From an uncultured Bacilli bacterium (lineage in GTDB: Bacteria; Bacillota_I; Bacilli_A; RF39; UBA660), in assembly GCA_934087515.1 (NCBI GenBank), contig CAKOIY010000002.1, forward strand, positions 1 through 63,761: a stretch of 63,761 nt of DNA, read 5' to 3'. Positions 38,577 through 46,857 of this stretch are shown here, one piece after another; within the stretch, counting starts at the first letter, position 1; each line of letters opens with the position of its first letter. Under the pieces are notes generated by a model. That model worked only from the letters and a program-made list of their open reading frames with translations, ran no database searches and had not been told where the DNA came from. The translations under genes and the position numbers were made by a program.

Positions 38577-39278
38577 ATGAGAATAGTAATGAAGATAAGC
38601 GGTGAGGCTTTAAAGAATGGTAGTAATATATCTAGTTCTAGTTTAGATAAGGTTTTAAGTGAGGTTAAAGATATTTCTTCTAAGCATGAACTTATTATAG
38701 TTTGTGGTGGAGGTAATTTTTGGAGAGGTCGTAATGATCTTAATATTGATAGTGTTATTTCTGATCAAGTGGGAATGCTTGCTACTGTTATGAATGCAAT
38801 TGCTTTGCAATCTTATTTTAATTTGAATGGGGTTTCTGCTAGTTGTTATAGTTCTTTTGAGGTTTCTGGTATTATTAAGAAGGATAATTTTAGTGATGTT
38901 AATGCTGATTTGAAAGCTGGTAAAGTGGTTATATTTGGTGGTGGTCTTGGAACTCCTAATTTGTCTACGGATATGACTACTGTGTCTAAGGCATGTGAGT
39001 ATGACTCTGATTTGATTCTTATGGCTAAGAATGTTGATGCTATATATGATAGGGATCCTAAGCTTGATGGTGCTAGGAGAATTAAAGAATTATCTCATTT
39101 GGAACTTTTTAATATGTCTGTAGGGCAAGGGGTTTCATCTTTAATGATTCTTGATATTGAGGCTATGGCTAAACTTGTTAAGTATGAAATTCCTATGTAT
39201 GTTTATAATTCTAATATGGTTAGTGATTTAGATGATGTTTTATCAGGAAAGATTGGAACTAGAGTTATTACTGAGTAA
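38577..39278 (+). CDS. pyrH: UMP kinase
   Basis: KISGEAL and CGGGNFWRG motifs; 233 aa. Confidence 0.9.
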   Translation: MRIVMKISGEALKNGSNISSSSLDKVLSEVKDISSKHELIIVCGGGNFWRGRNDLNIDSVISDQVGMLATVMNAIALQSYFNLNGVSASCYSSFEVSGIIKKDNFSDVNADLKAGKVVIFGGGLGTPNLSTDMTTVSKACEYDSDLILMAKNVDAIYDRDPKLDGARRIKELSHLELFNMSVGQGVSSLMILDIEAMAKLVKYEIPMYVYNSNMVSDLDDVLSGKIGTRVITE

Positions 39279-39342
39279 CTCTTTTCTTGTCTTATTTTGA
39301 TTTTTTTGTTATAATATGTTTACTTATTTTGGAGGGTTATTT

Positions 39343-39975
39343 ATGAAAAAATATTTAGTTGATAAAAAGAATACTAGTTTTTTAAGGGAGTATGTTGTTT
39401 TTGACGATAGACTTAAGTTGTTTCTTGCGGATGGTTCTTTTAAGGAGATTGATAATACTTTGGAAAATATTAAGTATTTAGATGATCTTATGCTTGAGCA
39501 ATATTATGAGTATGATAAGGATTCTTTGGTTTCTTTTTCTGGTACTAATTTTGCTATTTCTTCTGGGCTTGCTGTTGGTACTGCTATTACTTTTGCTAGT
39601 GATGGTGTTAGTGATGGAATGGAACTATCTAATTCTGCTAAAATGGGCTCTGTTTTAGGGGCTGGTGTTGGAGTGGCTACTTCATATCTTATTGCTACTA
39701 GTAAGGCTAAGAATGCTCTTCTTGATTATGAGAAGGATTCTTTGTTTGTTGAAAATAGAGATTTATTTGAACTTTATTTATCTAGTAAGAATTTTTGTGA
39801 TGGTTTGTCTAAGAAGACTAGGGAAAAGGTTAGTGATGTTTGTGGAAGGCTTTCTCTTAATGTGATTAATGATTTTAAACTTAGTGAGATAAAGGAGATC
39901 TATCTTAAGATAATTAATTATAATGATAATAATGAAATGTTTGTTGATAGAGATAATGTTCGTATTAGAAAGTAG
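39343..39975 (+). CDS. Hypothetical protein with a central Gly/Ala-rich hydrophobic segment
   Basis: I moved the start to ATG 39343 after a GGAGGG SD. No motif that I recognise. Confidence 0.5.
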   Translation: MKKYLVDKKNTSFLREYVVFDDRLKLFLADGSFKEIDNTLENIKYLDDLMLEQYYEYDKDSLVSFSGTNFAISSGLAVGTAITFASDGVSDGMELSNSAKMGSVLGAGVGVATSYLIATSKAKNALLDYEKDSLFVENRDLFELYLSSKNFCDGLSKKTREKVSDVCGRLSLNVINDFKLSEIKEIYLKIINYNDNNEMFVDRDNVRIRK

Positions 39976-39984
39976 TGATGTTTT

Positions 39985-40569
39985 ATGAATTCTTATAGTG
40001 ATTTTTTATCTTTTTTAGATTCTTTGGATTATAAGCCTAGACTTTTACTTCATAGTTGTTGCGCGCCTTGTAGTAGTTCTGTTTTGGAACTTTTGTCTAA
40101 GTATTTTGTTGTTGATGTTTATTATTATAATCCTAATATTTATCCTTTGGATGAGTATGTGAGGCGTGAGGAGGAACAGGAACGACTTATTTCTTATTTT
40201 TCTGATGTTGGTTTTATTCGTGGGTTATATGATAGTGATAAGTATTTTTCTGTGGTTAATGGTTTAGAGTCTGAACGTGAGGGTGGTAGGCGTTGTTATA
40301 AGTGTATTTCTATGAGAATGGAAGAAGCATGTAAGTATGCTAAGGAAAATGGTTATGATTTTTTTACTACTACTTTGTCTGTTAGTCCTCATAAGAATAG
40401 TAGGATGATTAATGAGATTGGTTATGCTTTGGAAAAGGAGTATAATGTTTCTTATTTGTATTCTGATTTTAAGAAAAAAGATGGTTATAAGAGGAGTATT
40501 TTTTTATCTAACAAGTATAATCTTTATAGACAGGATTATTGTGGGTGTAAATACTCGGTAAGAAATTAA
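39985..40569 (+). CDS. queH: Epoxyqueuosine reductase QueH (DUF208)
   Basis: HSCCAPCSS, YYYNPNIYP, C..C, TTTLSVSPHKN and YRQDYCGC motifs. Confidence 0.85.
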   Translation: MNSYSDFLSFLDSLDYKPRLLLHSCCAPCSSSVLELLSKYFVVDVYYYNPNIYPLDEYVRREEEQERLISYFSDVGFIRGLYDSDKYFSVVNGLESEREGGRRCYKCISMRMEEACKYAKENGYDFFTTTLSVSPHKNSRMINEIGYALEKEYNVSYLYSDFKKKDGYKRSIFLSNKYNLYRQDYCGCKYSVRN

Positions 40570-40623
40570 AAAAAATCTTAATACTAGTTTAATTTAATGA
40601 TATAATTAAGTAGGAGTGATTTT

Positions 40624-41700
40624 ATGCGATATATTATTTCAGCAGGAGGTACTGGTGGTCATATTTATCCTGCTCTTAGTATTATAAATAAAATAAAAGA
40701 AGAAGATAAAGAGGCTAAAATTCTTTATATTGGTACTACTGATAGGATGGAGAAGGATTTAGTTCCTAATTTGGGTATAGATTATTTGGGAATTAAGATG
40801 AATGGTCTTACGCGTAGTGTTAAGAAAATAGTAGGATTTGTTATTAATACTTTATCTAGTGCTAGGAAATGCAAGAAGGTAATGAAGAAATTTAAGCCTG
40901 ATGTTGTTATTGGCGTTGGTGGTTATGTTACTGTTCCAGTTGTTATGGCTGCTAAAGATTTAGGTGTTAAGATTGTTTTACATGAACAAAATAGTATTCC
41001 TGGTAAGTCTAATATAAGACTTAGTAAGTATGCAGATGTTGTTTGTATTTCTATGAAAAGTTCTAGGAAGTATTTTAATACTAGTAATGTTGTTCTTACT
41101 GGTAATCCTCGTGGTGAGGAAATTTTAGGAGTTAAGAAAGGAAATAAAAAAGATTATGGTCTTTCTATTTCTAAAAAGTTAGTACTTATTACTATGGGTT
41201 CTTTAGGAGCTTCAACTATAAATGAAAAGATTGTTTCAATGCTTGATAGTTTTGAAAATAAGCATTATGAGGTTTTACTTGTTACAGGTAAGGCTAATTA
41301 TGAAGAAATTGCTGTTAATGATTTTCCTAAGAATGTTAATGTTGTCCCTTATATAGAAAAGATGGGTGAGGTTCTTAAGTTTACTGATTTGATTGTTACA
41401 AGAGCGGGTGCTACAATAATTTCTGAGATTACGGCTTTGGGTATTCCTGCAATACTTATACCTAGTCCTTATGTTGCTAATAATCATCAGGTTATTAATG
41501 CTAGTGATTTGGAAGAAAATGGTGCTGCTTATGTTTTAGATGAGAGTACTTTTACTGGCGATGATTTGATTGATAAGATAGACGATATTCTTGGTGATTC
41601 TAAGGTTTATCATGATATGAGTAGTGCTTCTAAGAAAATGGGAATAACTGATAGTGCTTCTAGAATATATAGTGAGATAGAAAGGTTATTTAATAGGTGA
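40624..41700 (+). CDS. murG: UDP-GlcNAc:undecaprenyl-PP-MurNAc-pentapeptide GlcNAc transferase
   Basis: GGTGGHIYPAL N-terminus and GT28 architecture. Followed by murB and divIB. Confidence 0.9.
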   Translation: MRYIISAGGTGGHIYPALSIINKIKEEDKEAKILYIGTTDRMEKDLVPNLGIDYLGIKMNGLTRSVKKIVGFVINTLSSARKCKKVMKKFKPDVVIGVGGYVTVPVVMAAKDLGVKIVLHEQNSIPGKSNIRLSKYADVVCISMKSSRKYFNTSNVVLTGNPRGEEILGVKKGNKKDYGLSISKKLVLITMGSLGASTINEKIVSMLDSFENKHYEVLLVTGKANYEEIAVNDFPKNVNVVPYIEKMGEVLKFTDLIVTRAGATIISEITALGIPAILIPSPYVANNHQVINASDLEENGAAYVLDESTFTGDDLIDKIDDILGDSKVYHDMSSASKKMGITDSASRIYSEIERLFNR

Positions 41701-41705
41701 TTGAT

Positions 41706-42614
41706 ATGTTAGACTTGATAAAATTTATAGATGATAATACTTTAGGTGATTATAAGGAGAATGTTTCTTTTAAGACTCTTACTACTTATAGAACTGGTGG
41801 AAAGGCAAGACTTGTGTATTTTCCTTTTGATGTTAATTCTTTAAAGAGTGTTTTATCTTATATGAGGGATAATAATATTTCTTTTAAGGTGTTTGGTAAT
41901 GGCTCTAATATTTTGGCTAGTGATGATGATTATGATGGAGTTATTGTTAAGCTTAAGAATTTTAATGAAATGGAGTTTTTGGATGGAAAGGTTGTTGTTT
42001 CGGCTGGCTATAGTTTAAGTTTACTTGCTAATACCGTTACAAAGATGGGTTATTCTGGTCTTGATTTTGCTTGTGGTATTCCTGCAACTGTTGGGGGTGC
42101 AGTGTATATGAATGCTGGGGCGTATTTGAGTGATATTAGTGAAGTTTTAGATAAGGTGGAATTTCTTGATGATAATTATGAGATTAAATGCTTGGAAAAA
42201 GATGCTCTTGATTTTAGTTATCGTCATTCTATATTTATGAGTAAAAATTGGATTATTTTAAGAGCATATTTTACTTTGGAAAGAGATTCTGTTAAGGAAA
42301 TGACTGATTTAATTGAGGATAGGAAGATGAGAAGAGTTGTATCACAACCATTAGATTTTCCTTCGGCTGGTTCTGTGTTTAGAAATCCTACTGATATGTA
42401 TGCTGGTAAACTTATTGAAGATTGTGGCTTAAAAGGTTATAATTATGGTGGAGGGGAAATAAGCGAAAAACATGCTAATTTTATAATTAATAAGAATCGT
42501 GCTAAATCTTCGGATATTAAGTATTTAATGGATTTAGCTCATGATGAGGTTTTGAAAAAATATGGTATAGATTTATATAGAGAACAAGAATTATTTAATT
42601 TTGGTGATAAGTGA
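41706..42614 (+). CDS. murB: UDP-N-acetylenolpyruvoylglucosamine reductase
   Basis: FAD-binding domain (TYRTGGKA, GNGSNIL) and SAGSVFRNP motif. ATG 41706 lies 5 nt after an AGGTGA SD. Confidence 0.9.
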   Translation: MLDLIKFIDDNTLGDYKENVSFKTLTTYRTGGKARLVYFPFDVNSLKSVLSYMRDNNISFKVFGNGSNILASDDDYDGVIVKLKNFNEMEFLDGKVVVSAGYSLSLLANTVTKMGYSGLDFACGIPATVGGAVYMNAGAYLSDISEVLDKVEFLDDNYEIKCLEKDALDFSYRHSIFMSKNWIILRAYFTLERDSVKEMTDLIEDRKMRRVVSQPLDFPSAGSVFRNPTDMYAGKLIEDCGLKGYNYGGGEISEKHANFIINKNRAKSSDIKYLMDLAHDEVLKKYGIDLYREQELFNFGDK

Positions 42615-43312
42615 TGAGTAAGAAAAAGGTAAAAAAGGGTAAAAGAAGATTTAGAATATTTTTATTGGTAATGATCTTTTTGATATTACTTCTTTTTGCT
42701 GTTGTTATGCTTTGTGCTTATGTTTTTAAGGTTCCTACTAGATCAATTATTGTTCAAGGTAATAGTATAGTTAGTGATGAGGAAATTTTAAGGAGTGCTG
42801 GGCTTGATCATGATTCTAATTTTATTCTTACAAGTTCTAATGATGTTGAGAGTAGTGTTAAGAAAAATTCTTTTATTAAAAGTGTAAAAGTAAAGAAAAA
42901 TTGGCTTTTGGAGATTAATATTTATGTTGAGGAATATAAACCATTTTTTATAAGAGAAGATACTAATACTATTGTTACTTCAAGTGGTGATGAGATTAGT
43001 AATAGTGAGGATTATAATTTAGCTATTCCTTCTCTTATTAATTATGTTCCTGATACTAAGTATAAAGATCTTATTAAAAAGATGAATAGGATAGATTATT
43101 CTTTGATTAAGAAAATATCTCAGATTATGTATAGTCCTACTAAGTATGATGAGGATAGATTTATTCTTTATATGAATGATTCTAATAGAGTTTATATTAA
43201 TTTACCTAAGTTTAAGAGTTTTAATAAGTATGATGAGATGGTTACTAAGTTTGAGGGTAAGACTGGTAGGCTTTATTTAGATAGTGGTAATTATTTTGAG
43301 ATAGATAAGTAG
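42614..43312 (+). CDS. divIB: Cell division protein DivIB/FtsQ-like
   Basis: Basic tail, one TM helix and a POTRA-like segment (IIVQGNSIVSDEEIL). Position after murG-murB. The start overlaps the murB stop (TGATG). Confidence 0.65.
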   Translation: MSKKKVKKGKRRFRIFLLVMIFLILLLFAVVMLCAYVFKVPTRSIIVQGNSIVSDEEILRSAGLDHDSNFILTSSNDVESSVKKNSFIKSVKVKKNWLLEINIYVEEYKPFFIREDTNTIVTSSGDEISNSEDYNLAIPSLINYVPDTKYKDLIKKMNRIDYSLIKKISQIMYSPTKYDEDRFILYMNDSNRVYINLPKFKSFNKYDEMVTKFEGKTGRLYLDSGNYFEIDK

Positions 43313-43333
43313 TCTATTTCTTTTTTTTGACAT

Positions 43334-43361
43334 AAAAAAACTTTCTAACATTGTTAGAAAG
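43334..43361 (-). terminator. Intrinsic terminator downstream of tRNA-Arg (may also serve divIB)
   Basis: Near-perfect palindrome CTTTCTAACA/TGTTAGAAAG. On the minus strand it is followed by T7. Confidence 0.65.
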
Positions 43362-43372
43362 TAATTTACTTA

Positions 43373-43449
43373 TGGCGCGCCCAGAAGGATTTGAACCCTC
43401 AACCTCTTGGTCCGTAGCCAAACGCTCTATCCAATTGAGCTATGGGCGC
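43373..43449 (-). tRNA. tRNA-Arg (anticodon ACG), CCA encoded
   Basis: The reverse complement folds as a cloverleaf: GCGCCCA / GCTC-AATTGGATA-GAGC / TTTGG-CT ACG GA-CCAAG / GAGGG-TTCAAAT-CCTTC / TGGGCGC-G-CCA. 77 nt. Confidence 0.93.
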
Positions 43450-43467
43450 TTGTTTGATAACAAATAG

Positions 43468-43496
43468 ATTATACTATAATATTTTATAATTTTCAA
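43468..43496 (-). promoter_or_regulatory. Sigma-A-type promoter of tRNA-Arg
   Basis: On the minus strand: TTGAAA-17 nt-TATAAT, about 19 nt upstream of the mature 5' end. Confidence 0.65.
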
Positions 43497-43556
43497 GTAT
43501 TTTTTAGGTTAAATCTCTTTTTATGTTTGTTTTTATTAAATATTATATAGTAGGGG

Positions 43557-44168
43557 GTGGTTAATATATTAAGTATAAGAAAGCGTCAACAGTATTTAAA
43601 GAATTTAGGCTTTTATAAGGGAATGGTTGATGGAGTAGAGGGTGTTCTTACAAGAAAAGCTTATAAAAGTATTCAAGAAAAGTATTTTATTAGAGATAGT
43701 GATATTGATGGTATTTATGGTAAGAATACAGAGATTTTGCTTAGAAATGCTGAAAGGGTTAGGTTATATACGAAGAATTTTAGTTTGAAGGAGTTTAAGT
43801 GTGAATGTAATGGTAAGTATTGTAGTGGTTATCCTAGTTTGATTAGTATTAAGCTTCTTAAGTATGCACAGATTTTAAGAAAGAAATATGGGGTTTTGTA
43901 TATTACTAGTGGTCTTCGTTGTGTAACTTTTAATGATAGTATTGGTGGTATTAGGGGTTCTAAGCATACTTTGGGAAAGGCTATTGATTTTTATACTAGT
44001 TATTCGGCTTCTTCTTTTGTTAATAGAAAAAGAATTATTAATTGGTATGCTAATAATTGTGTTTCTATGTTTTATGCTTATTGTGATGGGTATGCAAGGT
44101 ATAAGTATAGAAGGGAATATCCTAGTGTTCCTAGTATGTATAAGAGCATTCATGTTGATGTTAAATAG
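43557..44168 (+). CDS. Peptidoglycan-binding domain + M15A (YcbK/DUF882-type) D,D-peptidase, endolysin-like
   Basis: PG_binding_1-like QQYLKNLGFYKGMVDGVEGVLTRKAY. SGLRC...GGIRGSKHTLGKAIDF and a terminal HVDV match the metal ligands. The start codon is uncertain because GTG 43557 sits immediately after the G-rich SD. Confidence 0.7.
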   Translation: MVNILSIRKRQQYLKNLGFYKGMVDGVEGVLTRKAYKSIQEKYFIRDSDIDGIYGKNTEILLRNAERVRLYTKNFSLKEFKCECNGKYCSGYPSLISIKLLKYAQILRKKYGVLYITSGLRCVTFNDSIGGIRGSKHTLGKAIDFYTSYSASSFVNRKRIINWYANNCVSMFYAYCDGYARYKYRREYPSVPSMYKSIHVDVK

Positions 44169-44259
44169 GCTTACTGAGGTAAGTCTTTTTTGATGCTATT
44201 TTTTATTGATTAGGGTAGGGATAACTAGAATTTTGTGTGTATAATATAGTAGAGGCTGT

Positions 44260-44288
44260 TTGACATATTATAAAAAATAATGTATAAT
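44260..44288 (+). promoter_or_regulatory. Perfect-consensus sigma-A promoter
   Basis: TTGACA (44260-65), exactly 17 nt, then TATAAT (44283-88). Confidence 0.75.
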
Positions 44289-44294
44289 GTCTTG

Positions 44295-44468
44295 GCATAG
44301 GGAATGGAGGTTTCTGTTCTTTGTGGAGATAATATGAGGATAGAATGTCATCGTCTATCGCGGACTATTTGTCTTAAGTGTAGGAAATTTTAGCGATTTC
44401 TGATGAGATGTTGGATGTGATGCCCAACCTTATTATCTTAGGCCTACCTGAATTGGTGGGCTTTTTTT
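44295..44468 (+). ncRNA. Orphan structured RNA or leader (~175 nt), class unknown
   Basis: Lies between a consensus promoter and a strong terminator. Locally GC-enriched (cgtctatcgcggact, gatgcccaacc, ggcctacc). Hairpins: GATAGA/TCTATC (44339-59) and GAAAT/ATTTC (44384-400). Possible long-range pairing of TTGGCAT (44292-98) with ATGCCCAA (44420-27). Confidence 0.5.
44441..44468 (+). terminator. Intrinsic terminator ending the orphan RNA
   Basis: GCCTACC-tgaatt-GGTGGGC (7 bp including one G-U) followed by T7. Confidence 0.8.
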
Positions 44469-44484
44469 GTGGGGGAATTTGGTT

Positions 44485-44862
44485 ATGAGATATAAATATT
44501 TAGGTGTAGTAAGTTCAAAGATTGCTAATTATTATGATTTGTCTTTGTATGAAAATAAACCTATTGTAGTTTTTGATGATAGAATAATTCATGTTAGGAA
44601 TAATCATTTGAAAGATTTTGAAAGTATTGAAAATATTGAAAAATCATATGAAAGACTTTCTGTTATTATTAACAATCCTGATTATGTTTTTTATGATGAA
44701 GTAAAGTGTGGTTTAGAGTATTATAAGTATATAGATAAGTATATATGTGTTGTGGTTAGGGTAAGGTTTGGTAAGGTATTAAAAGTACGTAGTTGGTATC
44801 CAGTAAAATATTCTAAGATTGTTAATAGGAGGAAACGTGAGAAAAATAAAAAAAGCTTTTAG
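44485..44862 (+). CDS. Small Barnase/EndoU/ColicinE5-D/RelE-like (PBECR-type) putative nuclease
   Basis: The layout VVFDDRIIHVRNNHLKDF...IINNPDYVFYDE...ICVVVRV...KVRSWYPV with a basic tail matches the DERIxHIxxRH...PDYI...beta-core pattern of these phage/ICE-borne proteins. ATG 44485 lies 8 nt after a GGGGGA SD. Confidence 0.55.
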   Translation: MRYKYLGVVSSKIANYYDLSLYENKPIVVFDDRIIHVRNNHLKDFESIENIEKSYERLSVIINNPDYVFYDEVKCGLEYYKYIDKYICVVVRVRFGKVLKVRSWYPVKYSKIVNRRKREKNKKSF

Positions 44863-45803
44863 ATTAAAGCTCCTTTTTCACATCTGTTACCCCAGGCATC
44901 TATTATTTGTTTATCTTTTTTAATTGCTATTATTTCACAGTGATTTGGACATTTTTTACATTCGTATCCTTTGGTTTTGTAGTTTAGATCTAGAATGTTA
45001 AAGTCAAATGGTTCTTCTTTTTCTTTTTTTGAGAGAATTGCTATTCCTAGTGCTCCCATGAGGTGTCCATTTTCGTCAGTAATTATTTTTTCTTTGGTTA
45101 TTTTTTCAAAAGCTTTTACGACGCCAATATTTTTACTTACTCCGCCTTGAAATACAATAGGAGGGGTTATTTTTTTTCCTTTTGCAACGTTGTTTAGATA
45201 GTTATTTACAACACTTTCACATAGTCCAGCGATTATGTCTTCTTTTTTGTGTCCTATTTGTGCTTTGTGTACTAGGTCTGATTCTGCAAAAACAGTGCAT
45301 CTGGCTGCTATGTTGGTTGGCTTTTTAGATGTTAGGGCTATTTTTCCAAAATCTTTTATATCTACTTCTAGTCTTTTTGCTTGACTTGATAGGAAGGCTC
45401 CGGTTCCAGCGGCGCATAAGGTGTTCATGGCATAGTCTGTTACTATTTTGTTGTTTAGTAGGATTATTTTTGAATCTTGTCCTCCAATTTCAAAAATAGT
45501 TTTTACGTCTTTATATTTTGATGCTGTTCCTATGGCGTGAGCGGTTATTTCGTTTTTTATGACATTTGCTTTTATCATTATACCAATTAGTCTTCTTGCA
45601 CTTCCGGTTGTTCCTGAGGAGACTACTTCATAGTTTTTTGGTAGATCTTTTTTTAGATGCTGTAATAATATTTTTACTGCTTTTATGGGTTCTCCTTTGG
45701 TCCATATGTAATCTTTTACTAATATGTTATTATCTTTATCTATTATTACTCCTTTTGTAGATATTGATCCTATATCTATTCCTAGATATGCTTTATTTTT
45801 CAT
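44859..45803 (-). CDS. BadF/BadG/BcrA/BcrD-type ATPase (acyl-CoA dehydratase activase-like) with a C-terminal Cys cluster
   Basis: GIDIGSISTKGV and CAAGTGAFL ASKHA-fold motifs. C-terminal CxxCxxxC...C. Confidence 0.75.
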   Translation of the reverse strand: MKNKAYLGIDIGSISTKGVIIDKDNNILVKDYIWTKGEPIKAVKILLQHLKKDLPKNYEVVSSGTTGSARRLIGIMIKANVIKNEITAHAIGTASKYKDVKTIFEIGGQDSKIILLNNKIVTDYAMNTLCAAGTGAFLSSQAKRLEVDIKDFGKIALTSKKPTNIAARCTVFAESDLVHKAQIGHKKEDIIAGLCESVVNNYLNNVAKGKKITPPIVFQGGVSKNIGVVKAFEKITKEKIITDENGHLMGALGIAILSKKEKEEPFDFNILDLNYKTKGYECKKCPNHCEIIAIKKDKQIIDAWGNRCEKGALI

Positions 45804-46857
45804 TTTTGTTTTCCTTTCTCATTTGAAGCATATCGGTGAATGCTTCTAGTCTTGTTTTTATTCCTGTATTACTTGTTTGGGTATCAAATGATAGGTAAAT
45901 TATAGGAATTTGTTTTTCTCTTGATATACGATTTAGAATAGGGGTTATTCCTACTTCTGGTGTGCATCCGAATGGTTTGGTATGAATTATTCCATCGTAT
46001 TTTTTCTTTTTTAGGAGTAGTGCTCTATAGATATTATCTGTTGCATCTGCGCCTTGTTTGTATTTTAGGTATTTTTTTGTTTTTAGTTTTATGTAAGGAC
46101 TTAGTATTTTTTTATAGATTAGTAGATATGAGATGTTTGTAAATCTTTTAATACTTATGTTTTGTTTTTTTAATTCTTCTTCTAGATTATAAGTTGATGA
46201 TGGTTCCATAGCGGTATATAGTTCTCCGATGATACCTATTTTTAGTTTTGGTTTTATTTTTTTAATTTTTTTATATTTTTTTTGGTATTTGTGTGTTATT
46301 TTTAGTATTTTTATAATATTTGTTTCATTTTTTAGTTCATTTATGAATTTATATTTTATTTTTTTTAGTTCTTGGTAGTTTTTTTGTACTTTTTTTCTGT
46401 TATAGTTTTCTGTTTTATCGAAAAGTATTATTTTTATGAATGTAATTATAAAGTTTTTCAGAAGGTTTGTTTTAGTTAGATCTTGATTTATATTTTTAAA
46501 TGTTTTGTATATGTAATTAAAATTGGTTTTTCCTTTGTTTATGAATTCGTAAAATTCAAATTCATAGTGTAGGTCTTTTAGTATTATTTTTTGGAGTTCT
46601 GCATAGTTTCCATATCTACATCCTCCGCCAAATTGTATGAGGATATTTGCTCCTTGTTCTAGGGATTCAATGTAGTTTCCTAGGTTATATTTAAAGGGCA
46701 TGCAGATAAAATCTGGGGAATGTTTGCTGCCGAGTTCTATGGTTTTTTTTGTTATTGGTGGTGCAACTTGGACTTTTTGATTTGTTATGTTTTCTATGAA
46801 TGGTTTAATGAAGTATGAGTAATCTCCTAGGTGCGGAAATGATATTATTTTATTCAT
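45793..46857 (-). CDS. Activase-associated (DUF2229 / 2-hydroxyacyl-CoA dehydratase-related) protein
   Basis: Overlapping operon with the BcrA-type ATPase. The pattern resembles the C-terminal parts of the large 'CoA-substrate-specific enzyme activase' fusion proteins. This assignment is an inference. Confidence 0.5.
   Translation of the reverse strand: MNKIISFPHLGDYSYFIKPFIENITNQKVQVAPPITKKTIELGSKHSPDFICMPFKYNLGNYIESLEQGANILIQFGGGCRYGNYAELQKIILKDLHYEFEFYEFINKGKTNFNYIYKTFKNINQDLTKTNLLKNFIITFIKIILFDKTENYNRKKVQKNYQELKKIKYKFINELKNETNIIKILKITHKYQKKYKKIKKIKPKLKIGIIGELYTAMEPSSTYNLEEELKKQNISIKRFTNISYLLIYKKILSPYIKLKTKKYLKYKQGADATDNIYRALLLKKKKYDGIIHTKPFGCTPEVGITPILNRISREKQIPIIYLSFDTQTSNTGIKTRLEAFTDMLQMRKENKNEK

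Noticed and set aside
44335-44394. 19-aa Cys-rich ORF (MRIECHRLSRTICLKCRKF) with a GGAG 5 nt upstream, inside the orphan RNA
   Set aside because: Its codon choice (CGT, TCG, CGG) is atypical for this genome, and it overlaps the clean GATAGA/TCTATC hairpin. A structured RNA seems the more likely explanation. A small peptide cannot be excluded without ribosome profiling.
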